Positions 14,131 to 29,702 of a stretch of DNA of 64,000 nt are shown piece by piece (positions within the stretch are counted from its first letter, which is position 1; each line of letters starts with the position of its first letter). The notes under the pieces are model-generated. The model was not told where the DNA came from, ran no database searches, and saw only the letters and a program-made list of their open reading frames with translations. Source of the stretch: Octopus vulgaris (Eukaryota); contig OX597835.1 in the NCBI GenBank assembly GCA_951406725.2, positions 49,600,001 to 49,664,000 on the forward strand. Direction: 5' to 3'. Both the position numbers and the translations under genes were made by a program.

Positions 14131-15501
14131 GGTGGTGGTGGTGGTGGTGGTGGTGGTGGTGTTTTGCAACAACAGTAACAAGAACAAGGAAGCACATGGA
14201 GTAAATTAAATTACTGTCACATGGTCTCGGCAACACAGCTGCTCTCCATGTGAATATATTCGGCGATAGATTCCGGAGTATTCCGAAGAATTCAGATATG
14301 CGCATAGGCATCACACATACATATAGAGATAGACACAGACAAGGCTCCATACACACACACACACACACACACACCATATGATCATTTATACACATATACA
14401 TTCCCTCCACACACACACTAACACACTCCAGCCCGTCCTCACCACATACACACATTCACACACATAAATATATGCACGCACGTAAACACATTTACTCATA
14501 CACTTTCACTCACAACCGCAAACACATACCTATGCACACATTAGATTATTACATATACATGCACACGCGCATGCACACGCACACATAGTTATTTGTACAA
14601 TTCTGCATACGCACACACACAAGTAAAATCGTGGGTACACGCACGTACTCACAATACTCTCACACATACATACACACAAGGCGGACGTGCATGGGTGTAT
14701 AGCATCACAACACAAACACTTACTCAGGTTCACACCTATCCTCACAACGATCTTTACTCACCCAAACATACACACACACGTACGACACAACCGTCTCCAT
14801 CACGTCTCCACATCGTCGAGCCACCGACGTGCTTGAAATAATTACCAAATTTCCCATAAGTCACACATCCTGTTATCTAAAATAAAGAATTTTACATCGG
14901 ATAACTTAATCCCTGAGGCAGGAAAAGATGAAATAAGTCACCGCCTGAGCTCGTTTTGAGCACAGGCATGACCATGGACACTGGTCAGTAAATACAGATC
15001 AATACCGCTTCATTAGCCTCAGCTAAAACAGCTTTGAACATAGATTTCTGCACAGTCACAACTGATATGTTACTCAACAACACAGTCGTGGCTACAGTAA
15101 TACTAAAAGCAACAACGGCCAGAATGACGTTTCGTCCTTATTGTCACGTGTCGTTTGTAAATGTATGTTTTCATGGCTGATAGTTCGACCAAAGTTGGTC
15201 CTATTCGACTGGGAGTTATTAGTGAAGGCATATTGGCCGAGACCATCTCAACATATTTTCCAGGATATACACTCCCCGGGACAATGCTATCAACTGTGTT
15301 ATTCTCTTAAATATATGAAGGTAGAATTTAGTTCGTATTTCCAGCAAATCAAAGGCTTACGTACAGAGCTTTAGATTTGCTGGTGAGGTCGGCATAACAA
15401 GGTATCAACATATTATGTATAAGTATGCGCATGCGTGAGTGGGGGGTGGGTATAGACAGTTATATACCTATACATATATAAACTTATATATGTTTACATA
15501 A

Positions 15502-15963
<462 letters not shown>

Positions 15964-17125
15964 TAAGCATCTATCAATCTATGTATTCAGTCGCCATGAT
16001 AGATCGTTAGCCACCACACACATTTTTTCTCTCCTTGTTTCTCTCCTTGTTTTTTCTGTGTCCCTTTCTGTAGAAGAGCGTAGGTTCGAAACGTAAAAGA
16101 CTTTTTCTATTCCTGAGCGTTATACTAATACATCTGTTTGTTTTCTACACCACCTGTCTTCGTCTTTTGTTTATTTTCGTAAACTCTCCTATCAATCTAC
16201 CTGGGCACCTATCTATCAGTCAATTCATACACACGCACACACACACACACATACATGCATGCACACACGCACACACAGCATGTAAATCCATTTAATTACT
16301 GTCAAATAAATGCTTCTTTTAGAATTTATATAATCATATATGTATGTGTTTGTATGTGTATATGTATGTGTTACAAGTGTATATAATATGATATCATACG
16401 CATGCGCATATGTATATCCTATTACATTTTGTTCACACTGACTCATTCTATTTTTTGTCTGTTGTTCCTTATAAATTGTATGTATGTATGTATGTATGTA
16501 TGTATGTATGCATGTATGCATGTATGTATGTATGCATGTATGTATGTATGCATGTATGTATGTATGTATGTATGTATGTATGTATGTATGTATGTACGTG
16601 CGTACGTACGTATGCATGTATGCATGTATGTATGTATGTATGTATGTATGTATGTATGTGTGTATGCATGTATGTGTGTATATGTGTGTGTATGCATGTA
16701 TTCCTCAGTCTTCCCGTCACTCCAATCCTATCCATTCTACCACCTGAAAGCTGGAGACACAGTTTCTCCACTTTTATAATGTTCCATCTTGATGTCTTTA
16801 TTGATGTTGGCATTGGTCCGGAAAATAACATTCTGTTTTCTCTATTCACTTATAGGAAACTATATACATCGGGAATTACCCGTGTCTTTGTGCAAGTATG
16901 CGCGCGCGCGTGTGTGTGTGTGTGTATCTTTACGTGTGTTGCGTGTGTACGCGTCTACGTGTGTTGTATGTGTGTATGCATGAACAGATGTGTACACATA
17001 GACACATTCTTGAAGGTTGTTTTTTCTATGTATTTTGTTATGATAGATAGATAGATAGATAGATCGATCAATCGATAGAAAGATGTATATGTATGCATAT
17101 ATATATATATATGTGTGTGTGTGTC

Positions 17126-17179
<54 letters not shown>

Positions 17180-17201
17180 GATAGATACGCACACACACGT
17201 T

Positions 17202-17247
<46 letters not shown>

Positions 17248-17269
17248 GATAGATACGTACACACACGTT

Positions 17270-17317
<48 letters not shown>

Positions 17318-17818
17318 GCGGGTAGAGAGAGGGAGTCGGGCTGACAGGGATATAACCTATTGTATTGTAGTGAAGTTTTTATGTCTTCCAGTTGTCGTTC
17401 CTGAATTTCACAACTACATCCGCCATCTTTACCAGAATCATTGAATGCTTTGACCATGACTACCACGGCCAACATAACACATGTAGCGCCCCCAAATAAC
17501 CACTGCATCCCCACAGCCGACAACAGTAACTCTATCTCTCTTACCAGCGCTCCATCTTACCCGTGTCCTGGAACCTACAAAACTAGACAAGTTTATGTTG
17601 TATAGTATAGAAACCCTACAAAAAATAACGATAAATTCTAAGAGCAAAAAAAAGCAGTCCAGGCCATGTTTTTGTTTTATTCTTTGCGGTGTTAAGGGAA
17701 ATAATTTAACCTGATTATGCCAAGCCAGTGGTTTAGTCCTTGTTTGGTCATTAATTTAATGGAAATAACAGCCAGCTCTCAAGAAGAGCTAATCTGCCGT
17801 CTTTTAAAAAGTATGTAT

Positions 17819-17870
<52 letters not shown>

Positions 17871-17926
17871 ACGTATGTATGTATATATATATATACACAC
17901 ACAGACACATATACAACTATATTTAA

Positions 17927-17974
<48 letters not shown>

Positions 17975-18053
17975 TTATATATTTATATGCATGTGTGTAT
18001 GTATGAATGTATATGTGTATACATGTATGTTTACATTTATATATGTATGTATG

Positions 18054-18097
<44 letters not shown>

Positions 18098-18106
18098 ATA
18101 TGTATG

Positions 18107-18208
<102 letters not shown>

Positions 18209-18280
18209 CTGGGTATGTTTTCTCTGAAGAGTAGTTTACAAAATGTGAAATAGTCCATCAGGAGACTCCTTCCCACTTTC

Positions 18281-18399
18281 GTCTTGGGACCACTGCTTTT
18301 TATAGTGGCCCTCTCAGATATGCCCTCAAATGCCCGGATAGCCACTCTGGCCAGCTTTGCAGACGATACGAAAGTCTCGCAGAAAATACAGAACCCCAG

Positions 18400-18403
<4 letters not shown>
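18281..18403 (+). mobile_element. Reverse transcriptase fragment of an APE-type LINE (CR1/L2/Jockey-like)
   Basis: Manual translation gives VLGPLLFIVALSDMPSNARIATLASFADDTKVSQKIQNPSD, which covers the (QGS)VLGPLLF and (Y/F)ADDTK RT motifs. Confidence 0.85.
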
Positions 18404-18447
<44 letters not shown>

Positions 18448-18479
18448 ATATGTGTGTGTGTGAGTGTGTATAGCCAATC

Positions 18480-18632
18480 CCTGCCACTGGACAATCGGTG
18501 CTAGCGACTTTACGTCGTTGTAACGTAGCGTTTCGACGAGTGAAATTTAAAAATTACATTCTTGGGTAAATTTGTACGGCTAAACTCTTAACGGTAGTGC
18601 CCCAGCATGGCCAAAGTCTAACAGCTGAAACA
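18480..18632 (+). mobile_element. SINE 3' module C, decayed
   Basis: Contains tttacgtc...taacgtagcg...cccagcatggcc...tgaaaca. Confidence 0.65.
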
Positions 18633-18669
18633 CCATGTATGAAACAGACAGACAGGCAGGTAGATAAAC

Positions 18670-18760
<91 letters not shown>

Positions 18761-18874
18761 TAGATTGTGTATAGGTTATGTTTGTTTTTATGTGAAGTAA
18801 AGGGCACGATGTAGTTTACTTAACTCCTTCTGCCTAAAATTGCTGGCGTTGCGCCAAAATTCGAAGTAGTTAAT

Positions 18875-19290
18875 GGCGGTCAACGGGCAGAATCGTTAGC
18901 AATTTGTGGGATAAAATACTTAGCAGCATTCCTTCCGATTCTTTATGTTCTGAGTTCAATTACCAGCGAGGTCAACAATGCCCTTCAGCCTTCGTGGTCG
19001 ACAAAATAAAGAATAAGCCAAGTACTGAGGTCGAGGTAATCGACTCAGCCAAAACCCTCAAAATTGCTGGATGTTTGTTGAAATTCGAAGCTAATACTAC
19101 AACAACGAATGGCTTTGGGTTGTGAGAATCGATAGTGTCAGGCAAAATGCCTTGCGATCTTGGTTCAAGCGCTTTATTTCCTGAATTCAAATCTCACCGA
19201 GGCCAACCTTACTTTTCAACCTTTCGTGCGCTATAAAACAAAATGTCACTCGCGCACTGCGGCTCGTTTAATCGACTGACCAACTCTCGT
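18875..19290 (+). mobile_element. Two tandem decayed SINE family A copies
   Basis: ggcagaatcgttagc...tctgagttcaa, then a second gagaatcgatag...ctgaattcaaatctcaccgaggcc. Confidence 0.7.
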
Positions 19291-19803
19291 CAAATATTCT
19301 TACCTTTTAAACAGGGGAAACAACTCCATTGCTGCTGCTGCTGCTAGCTTTGCTATGGGACGGAGTAATGGTGGTGGTGGTGGTGGTGGTCCAGTTGCTT
19401 TTGTTTTTGTTGGTATTGATACAGCTGTTGACCAACGATTGTTGTGGTTGTTGCATGATGATGCCGATGATGATAATGATGGTTGCTATTACAATTAGCG
19501 TTATTTTCATTATTATTATTTTTTATCATTATTATTATTATTGTTGTTGTTGTTGTTGTTGCTGTTATTGTCAATATTTTTATTGTTGATGGCGGTAGTA
19601 GTAGCAGCAGCGGCGGTGTGGTGGTGGTGGTGGTGGAAGTAGTTGGTTGCGGGTACTGTTGTTGTTCTAGTGTCCCTAAATTCGTGACAGGTGTTCGCCG
19701 GACGATGTAACACGAAACTATCAGTCAGACGCACGCACGGACACGCAATCACACACAAACACGTACGCATACGTGCGCATGCATACACACAACACACACA
19801 CAC

Positions 19804-19857
<54 letters not shown>

Positions 19858-20003
19858 TCTAATGTAAATAACATGCACGCATATGAGGACATGCGTAGTT
19901 ACACATGCATATACACACCCACGGGTGCGCATACACATGTACAGACACAGGGAATCAGAACATATGCTCATATATATATATACACAAATATATACACATA
20001 CAC

Positions 20004-20057
<54 letters not shown>

Positions 20058-20198
20058 GCACACACACATATACGGATATACATACAGATACATATGTGGA
20101 TGTATGTATCATTACTGAATGTGTACATAACACTGAATATAAATATATATACACATACACACACCCATACAGCTAAACGTACATATTGTATGTGTGTT

Positions 20199-20248
<50 letters not shown>

Positions 20249-20339
20249 TGTGTGCATGTGTGTGTATAAGCATTCACATGTACGTATATTCGCACACAAT
20301 CACATAGTAGTTCATACTCAGTCATACTATCTTTGTGCG

Positions 20340-20378
<39 letters not shown>

Positions 20379-20762
20379 ATAGAGACAAACATGCTAACAT
20401 ACGCGCATACATGCGTAGAACTCACACACAGAGGAACATAAAATTTGGATCGACACAAAAATCAAATGAAACAGAATAAAATGTCAAAATATACAACGAG
20501 ACGCACACTCACATCCGTTAACACACGCATGCATACACATAGAAACACATGTACAGCCACACCCACACGAACCTACACACAAACACACATATACATACAC
20601 ACACACGCAAGCAGAGATAGGCATTGGCGCATATGGTGTGGCTAAATCATTCAGGGAACAGATGGGAGACGATAGTTGTGTGTGGTGAATGGTATAAACA
20701 TACTGGTGCTGCTAATATATGTGTATATATTGTGAGCGGTGGTGGGGGAGACAAATGGATAC

Positions 20763-20795
<33 letters not shown>

Positions 20796-21146
20796 TACAT
20801 GCATGCACATACGCACACGCAGACATTCACGATCACTCACAGATATACACTCACATATCCAGAACCAGTTGTTCATTCGTATATACTGAGGCAGACAGAC
20901 CCACCTCTACACAGAGAGGTATGCATGCGTGTATTATACGTACATGTGAGTGTGCACATGTAAGTGTATGTATATATATATACATAGATGCGCATATATA
21001 TATATATATATGAATATGTGTGTGTGTGTGTGCTTGTTCCAGTTTTTATTTACATTGTGCTGTACCTAAAATAGATATTGTGCATGCTCCTGTGATGTGT
21101 GTGTGTCTTTATGTATAGGTAGATAGATAGACAGACAGACAGACAT

Positions 21147-21191
<45 letters not shown>

Positions 21192-21212
21192 GAGATAGAT
21201 AGAGAGAGAGAG

Positions 21213-21278
<66 letters not shown>

Positions 21279-21408
21279 CGAGATAGACAGATAGATAGAC
21301 AGACAGACAGACATATAGATAGATGGATGGATGGATGGATGGATAGATAGGCAGACAGACAAACAGATAAGTAGACAGGCAGACAGAAAGATATATAGAC
21401 AGACAGAC

Positions 21409-21478
<70 letters not shown>

Positions 21479-22254
21479 CGAGAGAGACGAAAATTTCACG
21501 ATATGTTCCTTTCGACATAATACAACTTAACTCGAAGTTTCATATGCAACAACCAAGTGCAATCATCAGCGAAAAAACCGGAACTACGTGCACAAATTTC
21601 ACCGCCATATATCAACCGTTATTTTTTCAACAGCGGACATTTTTTGTGGCATTCCATTGTATAAGAGACTCAGCACAATATATATATATATTTATATATA
21701 TTTATATCTATGTTACTATTGATTATTGGATGTGCGATATTCCCCTAAGATTTATTCAAGGTCGAATCACTTAACGAAGTACGACTGCGATACAGGGGTG
21801 GGGGATTATTAATTAGCTGCTATATGGTAATGAAAAGGGAAGTTAATAAGGTGTAGATATGAAAAGTGTCAATGAGTGTATTGTGATATTGTATAGGGAT
21901 TAACCGGGTGAGATTAATGGCCGGATTGGGAAATGTTATGGACGCGGCGAATTCCTCATTTGGTTTAGATCTGTGGTTCTCAACCATTTCTTTAATGTTT
22001 TTTCGTGGGGTCTGTGGACCTCTTTCATTCCTATTTTACTCTACTGGATCTCCAGAGCCATTCAGTGTATTAAAAAAATCCTACTGTATTCTTATAATCA
22101 AATATTATTAGGAAATGTATAAAAATTTTTTAAATCCCATTAGACATTCTAAAATACTATATCGATATGAACATTTAACGTGGTTTTTAAAGTCAGGGTT
22201 TTGACTGCTATTTCGGCATGGTGGTGTCTCTTAGACACCCTTATTTTTAGTTTT

Positions 22255-22559
<305 letters not shown>

Positions 22560-22748
22560 CGCACATATATAGTTTATTGAAAAGCACCAGAAATATCACA
22601 AAAACTGTTACGCAGAGTTTCACGTTCCCGTACGTCGGACAGTTTTGTTAGAATACACACACACACATACACACACACACGCACACACATACACACACAT
22701 ACATACATACATACATACATACATACATACATACATACACATACATAC

Positions 22749-22786
<38 letters not shown>

Positions 22787-23329
22787 TGTTATACTTATAG
22801 TAAGTATGTGCGGGTCAAAGATTTTATAATGTTTAATAATAATAATTGTAAAGGTCAGAAAGCCCAGCATTAAACCTCAAACCTTCGCCTCGCTTCCAAG
22901 CTGGTTCTGTTCCGTTATGAGAGGCCGGCTGTCAAGATTGGTGGCAGAGGAGGGAGGGTGATAGAAGAGAAGCATGGCGTCAGGCCACTCACTGTTATAA
23001 CTGATATTCCATCATACGCCTCCCTTCCCTTTATTTTAGCTAATTACCCGTTTATTGCGGAAGGAGGCGGGTGTCGGTTGTTCCTTGGCCGTAGTTGTTG
23101 ATGTTGATGCCGTAGACACACATCCTCCATATTGTTGTCGTCGTTGTGGGGTTCGTACTGGCCCCTGCTATAGTTCCCTTATCCTCTTTAGATGCCCCTG
23201 TGGCAAATGAAAGACATAATAGTGGTTTCTAATATATGCACAAAGCCCGCTATTTGGGGAGGGGGTAGGGAGTCGACTCCATCTAGCACAGGATGTGACT
23301 GATACTTTATTTTTCGACCTTGAATACAG

Positions 23330-23546
23330 TGAAGATATCAAGAGCGATATAAAGGAAATGGAAATAGAGTGCCCAGCAGAGCTGTTACAAAAGGTTTGTC
23401 TGCTTGACACGGCCAGAATAATCGGGAGAGTATTCGACGAACAGAACAGATAGCATCGTCCAGGAAAGCTGCAAGCAGGAAGCTCGTTGCGCATGCAGGG
23501 CTCCAGGAGTTCCAAGAAAACCGGAGTTTAAAGAATAATAATAATA
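23330..23546 (+). mobile_element. 3' end of an R4/Dong-like LINE
   Basis: IKEMEIECPAELLQKVCLLDTARIIGRVFDEQNR* resembles the C-terminus of the element at 15-1836. A short UTR ends in aataataataat. Confidence 0.7.
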
Positions 23547-23746
23547 CTGGTTTCAAAGGTCAGCAATCGGTCGTGGGGTGAGTTAATTATATCTGCCTCA
23601 ATGCTCAACTGGCGCTTATGTCATGGACCCCGAAAGGATGAAAGGCAAAGTCCTTGGCGGAAGCTGAACTCAGAATGTAACAGCGGACGAAATACTGCTA
23701 AGCATTTGGCCCTACGTGGTAACGATTGAGCCAGTTCACCGCCTTA
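23547..23746 (-). mobile_element. SINE family A
   Basis: Reverse complement matches 6430-6625 and 48010-48226. Confidence 0.8.
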
Positions 23747-23939
23747 GGAATGATAATATTGCCTGTTTTCAAGTAAAGAATAACCGGTAATTAAGAACTA
23801 ACCGAGAGTCTTTCAGAATAACTATGACAATAATAATAATAATAACGCAGTACCAATCAGTGGCTCTCGCGGCTTCTGATCTTAACTGATTGGAAATGTT
23901 ATAGTTAACGCCTGTAATTTCGGACTTTCTGATCCCTAA

Positions 23940-24510
23940 TATGTCATTGTGAAACACGAATCTCCAGCTCTATCAATTTAATGGAGTACCAACTTCAAAC
24001 AATATTAGCATCAACTGTGGCATTTTGCAAGGTGACTCACCTTCACCTCTAGTTTTTTGCCCTAACACGTGAACTGAACAGAATAGGATATGCGTATAAA
24101 AGTGACAACAAGAAAACAATCTATTTTACATGGATGACTTAAAACTCTATGGCAAAGACGATGAGAAGTTTGAAAGCCTATATCATGTTCAGTGAAAGCA
24201 CACTGGTGGCGTCAGGATGGTGCTTTGTCGTCATTGTTGGGCAAAGGCCACTTTCCAGAAAGGGAAATTGAAGACCACAAATTCAGTCGTGTTAAATGTT
24301 AGACACAGTCATAAGAGAAGTTGAGCAGAAACAAACTTAGAAATAACTCGGAATAGACGAAGACTCTGACATTCAGCATGAAAGAGATCAGAAAGGGATG
24401 CGAGAGGAGAGTTGGAGCAATTCTAAAATCTGAACTCGATGCACATCACAAGGTGTGAAATTGAACTGATAGGAAAATTCGTAAGCTGCTAACTTGCAAT
24501 ACACTGCCAT
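23940..24510 (+). mobile_element. Decayed RT fragment of an R4/Dong-like LINE
   Basis: Broken frames give CGILQGDSPSPLVF, ELNRIGYAYK, LFYMDDLKLYGK (YMDD 24127-24138), KATFQKGKL, KSELDAHHKV and DRKIRKLL, colinear with ORF 1222-1818. Confidence 0.85.
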
Positions 24511-24517
24511 TACTTTA

Positions 24518-24675
24518 CAGCCGGTGTTGGTGAGTTTACGTCCTCGTAACTTAGCGGTTCAGCAGAAGAAACGGTAGAATATATAGCAGGATTAGAATAA
24601 GTATCGGGGTCGATTCATTCGACAATTCTTCAAGGTGGTGCCCCAGCATGGCTGCAGTCTAACGACTGAAGCAAT
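24518..24675 (+). mobile_element. SINE 3' module C
   Basis: Contains tttacgtcctcgtaacttagcggttc...ccccagcatggctgcagtc. Confidence 0.75.
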
Positions 24676-24992
24676 TAAGATGTGTGTGTGTGCAAATCGT
24701 GTTGTATATGATTGAATCAATTTGGTGGGGGGGGTCTGGTTTCCGTTGGTGGGTTATTAAACGTGTTGACGTAATGGAGCGTTAAAATTAGATGTGTAAT
24801 GTTTAAAATTTCCTCCAGGGTGATAGTTACCTCAGTGCGCATCACACACACACACACACACACATAGACCTCTTCACATGAACATATGGTCATATGTGTG
24901 TGTGTGTGCATGTGTGTGTATACACGGATTTTATATAAAGATGTCCATGTGTTCGCTCTCTCTCTCTCTCTTTCTCTCTCTACACACATATA

Positions 24993-25023
<31 letters not shown>

Positions 25024-25060
25024 GTATGTATGTATATATATATATATATATATGTATATG

Positions 25061-25133
<73 letters not shown>

Positions 25134-25389
25134 CTAAGCGTAATTATGTATTGTTTGTTAAAGTTGACTTAGGTGCATCGAGATTGTGTGAGAAAAGACA
25201 GCGAAATTCTTTGTTGTTGTTATTTGTGGGGGGGGTTGTATTTTTTGGGGTGAGGGGGTAGTTTCTTTGTTGTTGAGTTTTTTTTTTTCATTTGTATGAT
25301 TAGTATTTTTCCTCAAGGCTATGAATAACTGTTCTTAAAATAACTATTCCGCTGCTTCATTACTGTTGTTGTCGTCCTCATCATCATCA

Positions 25390-25432
<43 letters not shown>

Positions 25433-25446
25433 CATTATTATTATTA

Positions 25447-25508
<62 letters not shown>

Positions 25509-28500
25509 TACTCGCTTTTATGTTTTTTTTAAAGTTTTTTTTTTATCCCAATCAACATTATAAACTGATATTTACTAATATACTCATATAGAACTAAAAA
25601 CCTTCACACACACAATTCACGTAGGTTATGCGGTATATTTATATACAGGCGCCACTGTGTTGGTTTACACATACGCACGCGTCGTGAAGTAGTGATTTAA
25701 TAACAGAAAAGTGTATACGTGTGTGTATATGTGTGTGAGAGAGAGAAAGAAAGAAAGAAAGATAGGAAGAAAGAAAGAAAAAAAGAAAGAAAGAAAGAGA
25801 TTTTGAAGATTAAAAAAAACGTGTGACGTGAAAAAGACCGTAGAGGTCGGCGGATAGAAAGCAGCCATGTTGTTTTTATGTGAATAACCCAAAACAAAGA
25901 GGGTGGATACAGATAGGGGTGTGAGAAGGCGTGGTTGGGTAGAATGTCACGTAGTATTGTGTAGTAAGATGGTACTGAAGTGTCGGATGGGTGCAGAGTC
26001 GGGGAAATCCGCCTCCATTCGGCCTTCTCCGTTTCTTCCATTCTGGTTGCCACTTCTACCAGCCGCCATCTTCTCTATTGGAAGGTGAGTAAAACGAACA
26101 CAAGGCCATGATTTAGGATGATAGACAAGGGAAACGGGTGGGGTAAGCGGCTGAAGACAGATGGACATATTACACACCCTTCCTCTTCCTTCTTACACCA
26201 TCGGATGGACAAGCGGAGCGGGTAGAGTTGGTATGTGGGGGGAGCGGAAAGTTGAATGGTGGGGAGGGGGTGAACGTGTTGTCACTGCTACTGTTGTGGC
26301 TAGTGTTGTCGTTGTTGTAGCAGAAGAGCTGTTTTATCTGGCGGACCCTGGGTATACTATTCTCGACAGTGGGCTTGTGTGCGCGCGCGCGTGTTGCTGT
26401 TGTTGTTTAACCCGAGGTCAGATTGGATTGAGCAGACCTGTTCTTGAAATCATTCAAGATGTGACCAACCCGTAGATTTTTTTGTTTATTGTTTCCGTCA
26501 GTGGAATAATCTAACTCGGAATACATTAAAGAATGTCCTTCATCTCTTAAGACGGTGCGGTGTAATATGAATAAGATTTGACTGCTATTTCAAACAGGTA
26601 CTCCTACCATGTTGGTTCTTGTAGATGCTGATGATGATAATGGTGGTCGTGGTAGTGATGACAGCGATGGGGATGTAGTTGTTGTTGTTGTTTAGCTCTT
26701 GGCCAGACAGGATTAAGCCGACCTAGGCTCAAATACATTCCAGCTATGACCATCCAATAAATTTCCAACGGTACGCATTATCTCACGTATTTCTCTCCGT
26801 TACGGCGTTGTTTAAGCTGCTATTTCTAGCTGTTTGTGTGTCCACATGGAGGTTCCCAGGTTGATTGAAGCTGCCCCGCGTGTATATAGAAAGTGGTGTG
26901 GGAGAGGTGGATGTCGGGTGGTGGGGGCATAGGTTACATAGGAAGGGTGGGTGTGGAGTGGGGAGAAGGGGGGGCGGCTGCTATTTCTTGCGTTCTGTCA
27001 TCGAAAAACTTGCGACAGGAAAAAGATTTCTCTGATATTTAGGTCAATATCTAAATAGACTGACAGACAGGCAAACATGTAGACATTGACTGATCGATAT
27101 TGATATTGAGTGAGTGATTGAGTGATCGATTGGCAGGTTGGCAGAAAGACGAAGAAAGAAATCTCTCTACACACACACATACGTTTGTATACATACACAT
27201 ATACACCTTAATTTATGTATAAGTGTGCGTTATAAATATGTGTAGACAGAGAGAAAGAGAGAGAGAGAGGAGAAGAGAAAGAGAGAGAGAGAAGGAGAAG
27301 AGAAAGAGAGAGAGAGAAGGAGAAGAGAAAGAGAAGCGTCAGATCCGTATAGACAGACAGACAGACAGATAATATAAGTGGATACTCATATATATGTCCT
27401 ATTCGTTGATATATATACAAAATATATAAACAATTTATACACATACACACACAGGTACACAAACGCACACTCACACACACGTGTGTGTGTGTGTGTGTGT
27501 GGTGAAGCATTAGCTTGTGTGTGTGTGTGTGTGTGTGTGTGGTTTTAGGTAAAGTGTAAGGTGTAGAAAAGTTTGTGGGTTCAAATGAAGAAAGAGAAGA
27601 AAAGGATTGAGTAGTGACAGTGGGAGGAGCTGGTTGCATGTGAGGTGTTGTTCGGAGTGGGGTGGGAAGGTAGTGGCGGTGGTGGCGATGACTCCCCGTA
27701 ATCATGAAAGAAAGGAGGTGAAAAGTGGGAAGGTAGCGGTGGGAAGGAGTATGTTTGATGGACAAGGGGCCATTCGGAAATAACGAAGCGAAGAATGGAT
27801 ACAAAAAGGAAACAAGGGTTCGTGGGGCGGGAATGAGGAAGGACTGAAGAAGGAGGCGAGGGTGACGGAGGGAGGAGGTTGTGATTGACAACAAACGAAG
27901 AGTGGTGGTGGTGGTGGTGGTGATTCGGGTTCTAGGAAAGGGTTGCGGGGTGTGAAGGAAACGGGGTATTGCAATAGAATAGAGGTATTGCATAGTGGTG
28001 GTTGGGGAGGCGTAGTGGGACGGTGCTTGCGTTGATACATGTGGCGATGATAGTGAGGGTGGTGAGGAGATGGTGGTGGGTGGTGGTCGTCGTCGTCGTG
28101 GTAGCAGCGATGATGGCGGCGGTGGCTGGCTGTATTTGGTAGCGGTGGTGGGATGTTCAATTTGAGGGTAATTTGGCTACTATTTCTAATTGTGTGAGCG
28201 ACCACGTAACCACTCCGACGATGTAGGCGGTGGTGGTGCTGGTGGTGAACAATGACAGTGACGATGGCGCTAAAAAATGAAAGATGGCGGAAGACAAAAG
28301 ACATCTTTCGCGAGGTTAACATTTGTTGTCCTTGTTTTGTTATTGTTCATGTCGTTGTTGTTATTGCTTCTATTGTTGTTGTTGTTGCTGTTATTTTTAA
28401 TTATCTTTGTTACAGTTTCCTTCGCTGTTGTTCGAAAGAGAGACAACAGATCTAGAAAGACGCAAAAAGCAGACTCCATTTCCCCCATCAACGAAGGTGA

Positions 28501-29057
28501 AGGGGGACGTTGGAGGGGGGGGGTTAGAAAAGAAGTTAGTTGAGAAGAGGGTGGAACTGAAAGAGAGAAGGAGAAAGACAGAGGCAAATAGAGAAACAGG
28601 CTGTGTGTGTGTGTGTGTGTGTGTACTTGAGTGCACTAAGCATGCAGTGAAAAAAAAAATTAGTTTACAGCATAAAATAATATTTATCAATGGAGGAATT
28701 GTGTGGTCCGCTACCCTCGTCCGCCATGTTTCAGCTTTAAGAAGCCAGGATCGACGAAACTTGGACATAAAACACTCATCAATCATTATTTATAATAAAC
28801 ATTATATACGCACGCGCGCGCGCACGCACACATACACACACACAACACACAGACGCACACACAGACACACACACACATGTTAAACAAGGCATAAATAATT
28901 GGCTCTACACCTTCCTTTATTCTTGCAAATTCGACTTACATCTGTTTCCGATAATCATTACAGGTTCGTTGCTTGATCTGTTTACTCAATCGGTCCATTG
29001 ATCGCTTGGGAAAACTTGAATGACCTTAAAAACACAAATGCCATCTTCGTTGGACTC

Positions 29058-29111
<54 letters not shown>

Positions 29112-29398
29112 GCATATGTGTGTGTGTATTATATATATGTATATATATAATACACATTTTGGGCAAGTGTCTCGTACTATAGCCCCGGGCCAACCAAACT
29201 GTAGTTCTTTCTGTCCCTACATCTAAACGAGTGCACATGCTGTGTGTACCTTCCCTTAGACAAGCATTGGCATCTAGTCAAGAAGTTCGCTTTGCGACGT
29301 CGTGGTTTCGATTCCTGACTGTTTATAAGAGTCTTATACTACATGACCTCTTTCGATGGAAATTTTTTTGCTAGCAACTGGGCAGAAACCCGTCATTT

Positions 29399-29461
<63 letters not shown>

Positions 29462-29702
29462 CGCGTGCGTGTGTGTGTGTGTGTGTGTGTGCGTGTGTGT
29501 GCGTGCGCGCGAGCATTGTTTCTATTTGTTTCTTTCACTCCCTAGACTCGCGGTAATTACTGGGATCGATATGACCAACAAAGCCATGGAATTTGGTGCT
29601 CCAGTCTGGCCAGAGTCAAAAGCCTGCAACGAGTAAAAAGATAAAGGATTAGGACAAATAAAATGTATGTGTATGCCTCTGTCGTTATGTTTTCACTCCT
29701 CA

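Noticed and set aside
15270-15283. COE site tccccggga upstream of the first exon
   Set aside because: Half-site spacing is 1 nt rather than the required 2.
21968-22030. hAT/Charlie-like TIR (ctgtggttctcaacc)
   Set aside because: Only one end is visible; no partner TIR or TSD found.
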